Positions 59,141-64,000 of a DNA stretch of 64,000 bases are shown here, piece by piece. Position 1 is the first letter of the stretch, and each line of letters begins with the position of its first letter. The notes under the pieces were generated by a model that did not search any database, was not told where the DNA came from, and saw only the letters and a program-made list of their open reading frames with translations. This stretch comes from Octopus sinensis (taxonomy: Eukaryota), in contig NC_043023.1 of NCBI RefSeq assembly GCF_006345805.1, positions 6,138,001-6,202,000 of the forward strand. Direction: 5' to 3'. The translations under genes were made by a program, and so were the position numbers.

Positions 59141-61895
59141 GACGGGAGAGAAAGAGAGGAATAGAGTAGAAAGAGAGAGTGAGGGCGGGAAGACGTAAAA
59201 AAAAAAAAAAGTGACAGAGAGAAAGAGTGAGTAAAGGGGGCGACCCACGTGCTGCTGCTGCTGATGTTGGTGGTGGAAGCGATGAAAGCGACGGAGGTGA
59301 GGTTGCTTAAGAGGTGGGACACAGTTGCCTCGCCAGCTGTCTGTCACAGCGACCAGGCAGCCGGGCCACTGGGAGGAGGTGAGAGATGAAGGATAATGGC
59401 AGGCGGAGGAAGTGGAGGTTATATGACAATGACAGAGGGGGAGGATTGAGTAGCGGAGTAAGGGGAGGAGGCAGAGGTTGGCTAGAGAGAGAGAGTTGGA
59501 ATTGAGGAAGAGATAAACAGAAGCAATTAGTGATGGGAAAGAAAATACGAAGTGAATGACAGAATAAAAGATGGAGAGGGTGTGAGTTAGTGAGAGAGAG
59601 CAAGAAAGAAAAAACGATAGGCGTTAGTGTGAGGGGAGGTTTAAAGTAGTTAGTGACAGCATAAGGGGATGAGGCGAGACATAATGAGAAGAGAGAGGGA
59701 GGGAGGGAGTTAGTAAAAGACATGAAGTGACAGAGTGAGGGGAAGCGATATGCAGTAAAATATGACAGAGTAGCAGTGAGAGTAGAACAGAAGGGGAGAC
59801 AGAGCGGGAGTTAATGAAGTTTTTTCTTCTTTTTACAAGGAAGGAAAGTTATTTTTTCTTTTACTTGTTTCAGTGATCGGATTGCGGCCATACTGGGGCA
59901 ACGCCTCGAAGAATTTTAATGGAACAAAGTAACCCAGTGCTTATTGCACCGGCCTCTTTTGCTGAATCGCTAAATTACGAGGACGTAAACACACCGACAC
60001 CGGTTGTCGAGCAGTGATGTGGGGAGGACAAACGGCTACCAAATACAATCACTACCAGAGTTATACAAGGCACTTTGCCAAGATGTCACACAATGGGACT
60101 GAACCCGAAATCATACGATTGCAAAGCCAGCTTCTTACCCACGGCAATGTTTTAATAGCAGAAGAGGAGCTGGGTTTATTAAATGTGTGAGGAGGAAGAT
60201 GAAACGTTAGAGCGAGAGAAAAAAGAAGCCGACTGTAAGAAAGAAGAAAGGAAATAGGAAAATTATATAATGGGAAAGAAAATGGGTGAAAAAATACGAG
60301 AGAGAGAGAGAGAGAACAGTTTAAAAAGAAAGCTGGATAGGAAGACAAAAAAAAAAGAAATGTAGGCAGTAGCAACTGAAGCAACTTTAAGAGGCAATAT
60401 AGGAAATGATTTGATTGAGCAGACCCCATATAAGATGGATAAAAGACGGATCGAACTGTGACCAATCCGCCTTTGTTTTAATTTCTTATTGAGACTAAGA
60501 TACAGAAAAGGAAGAAAGATCTGGTAGAGAGAGAGAGAGGTGAAAGACAGACAGGAAGAGGAAGAGACAAAAAGGAAGTTGGTGATGGCGGAGAAAAGAA
60601 GGAAGTAGTAGAGAGAGGGGGAAAAGGTGGTAGAAAGAGAAAGGATGTGATAGATAGAAAGGACAAAGAAGTGGTAGAAAAGAGTGAGTGAGGGAAAAAG
60701 TGGAGGCTATGAGCAAAGAGAAGGGGAGGTAATAAGTGGGAGAGGGAGATAGAATCTAGAGACTGTAGGAGTGTGTCCTGGTGACAAAAGACAAAGAGTG
60801 ATGGGATGAGTGAGGTGACAATGAAAGCAAAAAAGAGGGGGAAGGAGTAGAGAGAGAGGGAGGGAGGGAGAAGGGCGGCACGTGGCACACAGAAGGGGAG
60901 CAATCGTTACAGAATGAACGAAAAACTGAGGACAAAGCAAAGATAAAAATTGGGGAAGACGTGACGCAGAATAATGGTGAGATAAAAACAATTTAGCCCT
61001 GGGCAGTCTTGATCATGATGTTCCAGTAATGGCCATCACATCTATTTTACAATCTACTGTATTCCAGGGTTATAAATGAAGTAAGGTGTCGTTGTGTGAC
61101 ATGGTGTAGGTGCAGGCATGGGTTGTATGGTAAGAAGCTTGCCTTTCATCCTTTCAGGGTCGATAAATTAAGTACCACACACACTGAGGTCGATGTAATC
61201 GACTTAATCCATTTGAGTGTCCTTGTTTGTACCCTCTATGTTTAGCCCCTTGTGGGCAATAAAGAAATAAGAAGCTTGCTTCCCAACCAGATGATTCCAT
61301 GTTTAGTCCCACTGTGTGGTCCTTAGGGCAAATGTCTTTCCCTATAGACAGATATATCAAATACCATGCAATATAAATTCTTGATTTATAGAAACTTCAA
61401 CCTTTACAGGCATAGGAGTGGCTGTGTGGTAAGTAGCTTGCTTACGAATCACTTGGTTCCGGGTTCAGTCCCACTGCATAGCACCTTGGGCAAGTGTCTT
61501 CTACTATAGCATCGGGCTGACCAAAACCTTGTGAGTAGATTTGGTAGACGGAAACTGAAAGAAGCCTGTCGTATATATGTATATATACATGTGTGTGTGT
61601 GTTTGAGTGTCTGTGTTTGTCCCCCCAACATCGCTTGACAACTGATGCTGGTGTGTTTACGACCCCGTGACTTAGCAGTTCAGCAAAAGAGCCCGATAGA
61701 ATAAGTACTAGGCTTACAACGAATAAGTCCTGGGGTCGATTTGCTCGACTAAAGGCGGTGCTCCAGCATGGCCACAGTCAAATAACTGAAACAAGTAAAA
61801 GAGTAAATAGTTTAGGTGTGCCATAATCACGAAATAGTAATGAGAAGGAGATAACTCCAAGAATAAAAACTACTCCAAAATTGACAAGCCATTAA

Positions 61896-62002
61896 CCTTT
61901 AGCACACTGCATTTTCTCTACAATTGTCTTCCCTGCCACTGTCCTGTTACTAGAAGGGAGAAAACTCTATGGTAACATAATGCACCTACAGTATGCTAAA
62001 GG
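61896..62002. mobile_element. 107-bp TTAA-flanked mini-MITE
   Basis: TIR CCTTTAGCACACTG / CCTTTAGCATACTG, TTAA on both sides. Confidence 0.7.
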
Positions 62003-63004
62003 TTAAAAAAAGAAGACAGGTTTATTGGCTGAAGATAACGAGGACATTTGTGAACAGGTTTCTGCTTCAATATGTATCCTCTGCATGGTGTTTGTCCTGA
62101 AATATCCCCAGTTCTCAAAAGACTTAGACTTATACAAAAGGGCCAAAGTAATTTACATGATTTAAACAAAAATGAGCTAAGAGAAATTTGCTTGGATTTA
62201 TTTCTTTACTACCCACAAGGGGACAAACGGATTAAGTCGATTATATTGACCCCAGTACATAACTGGTACTTATTTAATCAACCCCGAAAGGATGAAAAGC
62301 AAAGTTGACCTCGGAGGAATTTGAACTCACAACATAGCGGCAGACGAAATACTGCTAAGCATTTCGCCCGGCGTGCTAACAATTCTGCCAGCTCACTGCC
62401 TTTATACAGGTATATCAAATACCTATTTCTTTACTGCCCACAAGGGGCCAAACAGAGAGAGGGCAAATAAGGACAAACAGATTAAGTCGATTATATCGAC
62501 TCCAGTATGTAACTGGTACTTAATATATCAACCCCGAAAGGATGAAAGGCAAAGTTGACCTCGGAGGAATTTGAACTCAGAACGTAGTGGCAGACGAAAT
62601 ACCACTAAGCATCTCGCCCGGCGCGCTAACGTTTCCGCCAGCTCACATCCAGGTATACCAAATACTAATTAACAAACTTTCGACTTCTTAAACTCACCTC
62701 TGCCTCTAGAGGACGTGCCAGGATTACCAAATGGCAATTAAGGGAGGGGGGATAATCTCAAGAACAAAGAATACTCCCAGGAACAAGCTTATTGTTTGGG
62801 GGTAAGAGGACAATCTTGGACACATTTCTGCTGGGCCATGGAAATTTGCATGATTTAAACAAAACTGAGCTAAGAGAAATAACAATGGTTGGCCACAATC
62901 TCGCAAACTTACTCTCCCACCTGCCCTCTCTAATTCCTGGTCCACTTCAATATATACACCTCCCTGTAACTTGGGTGTGTACCTTGCCACATCTTCATCA
63001 TCAT

Positions 63005-63397
63005 CATCATTGTTCGACCATGGTCGAGACAATGGAATTTACCATGCTACGCCAGACTTCACGGTCCATCATGGCATTACGGAGGTCCTGTTGCTGGATG
63101 CCTGTATCCCTGGAGATTACATCAGGGTAGGAGAGTGTGCGCCCTCTGGTATTGCGAGTAGATGGCTTCCAGAGGAGAAGAGTAGAAATTACCTCGTTTT
63201 CAGCTCTACAACAATGTCCAGCAAACTGGACTCTCCTACCTTTCACAAGAGATGACACAGGTGGTAGATTCCCATATATTTGCACTTTGGTTGGATGACG
63301 CTTCCACGAGAGATTTTGAGCTTCATAAGGAGGCAAGTGTAGGTTCCTTCCAACTGCCTCTCAAGCTTCTTTGATAACATCCAGGTTTCTGAGCCAT
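63005..63397 (-). mobile_element. RTE-like LINE 3' fragment with (TGA)n tail
   Basis: LSWKRHPTKVQIYGNLPPVSSLVKGRRVQFAGHC..AMMDREVWRSMV; a shorter copy lies at 33326-33512. Confidence 0.82.
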
Positions 63398-64000
63398 CTT
63401 ATCTCTCTCTCTCCAACTGAGGTGTCCATGTATCTCCTCTACTGTGAGACACCTATTTCTGTCCCCCTATTCATACTCTGACTTCTCATCACCTGACACA
63501 AAACCACCTTCCTCAATACTACTCTGCCCCTTGGATGAAGAGTGCTTGTTTTGCAAGTTACTGTGATCTCAAAGCTGTTGCTGCCTCATAAAAAAACCCC
63601 ACAGTACCCTCTGTAAAGTGGTTGACATTAAGAAGGGCATCCAACTGTAGAAACAAACCATGGTAAAGAGGACAGTAGAGCTTGGTCTATTCTTCTGACT
63701 TGCTAGTTCCTGTGAAACCATCCAACTCATACCAGCATGGAAAACGGACATTGAATGATGGTGATACACACACACATCTTCACCATCTTTTCTGTCTCTG
63801 TACTCTTTTCCCACAGGTTTTCCCTCCAAAGCAAATCTCTCAATATCACTCCCTCTCTCAATAGAGGGGCTCTTGTTTTGCAGGTTACTTGATCTCACTG
63901 CTGCCTCATAAAAAAAAAAAAACAGCCAGAACCCACTGTAAAGTGGGTTGTCATTATCAAGGGCATCCAGCCATGGTCGGCCCGAGGCTATATAGTAGAA

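Larger units (their letters stand above)
53880..59400. promoter_or_regulatory. CpG-enriched (likely unmethylated) 5' region
   Basis: CG dinucleotides are visibly more frequent here, even inside old SINE copies, than in the CpG-decayed gene body. Not quantified. Confidence 0.55.

Overview
Eukaryotic, AT-rich, repeat-dense genomic DNA. The SINE/MITE families point to a coleoid cephalopod, probably Octopus (inference). The window holds most of a minus-strand UBA1 gene (ubiquitin-activating enzyme E1). I traced 24 coding exons by hand from 47642 down to 1858. All have GT-AG boundaries and phase-compatible joins, giving 2943 nt / 981 codons with the ATP-binding GAGAIG motif and the catalytic PICTLKNFP cysteine. 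The last C-terminal exons lie left of position 1. A probable non-coding first exon and a CpG-rich promoter region with a YY1 motif lie at about 54-59.4 kb. Introns contain several tRNA-derived SINE families, CR1 and RTE LINE fragments, a decayed piggyBac with its TTAA MITEs, Helitron-like and Penelope-like remnants, and satellites. Most notable: (1) a conserved two-start (NLS-Met1 / MAKNG-Met44) architecture matching human UBA1a/UBA1b; (2) a near-complete hammerhead ribozyme motif in the putative first intron; (3) a decayed tRNA-His fused to a SINE tail; (4) a highly structured 375-bp retroposed insert with a 15-bp TSD; (5) MITE dimers that share an identical spacer at two sites. Most short ORFs in the supplied track are repeat-derived noise.
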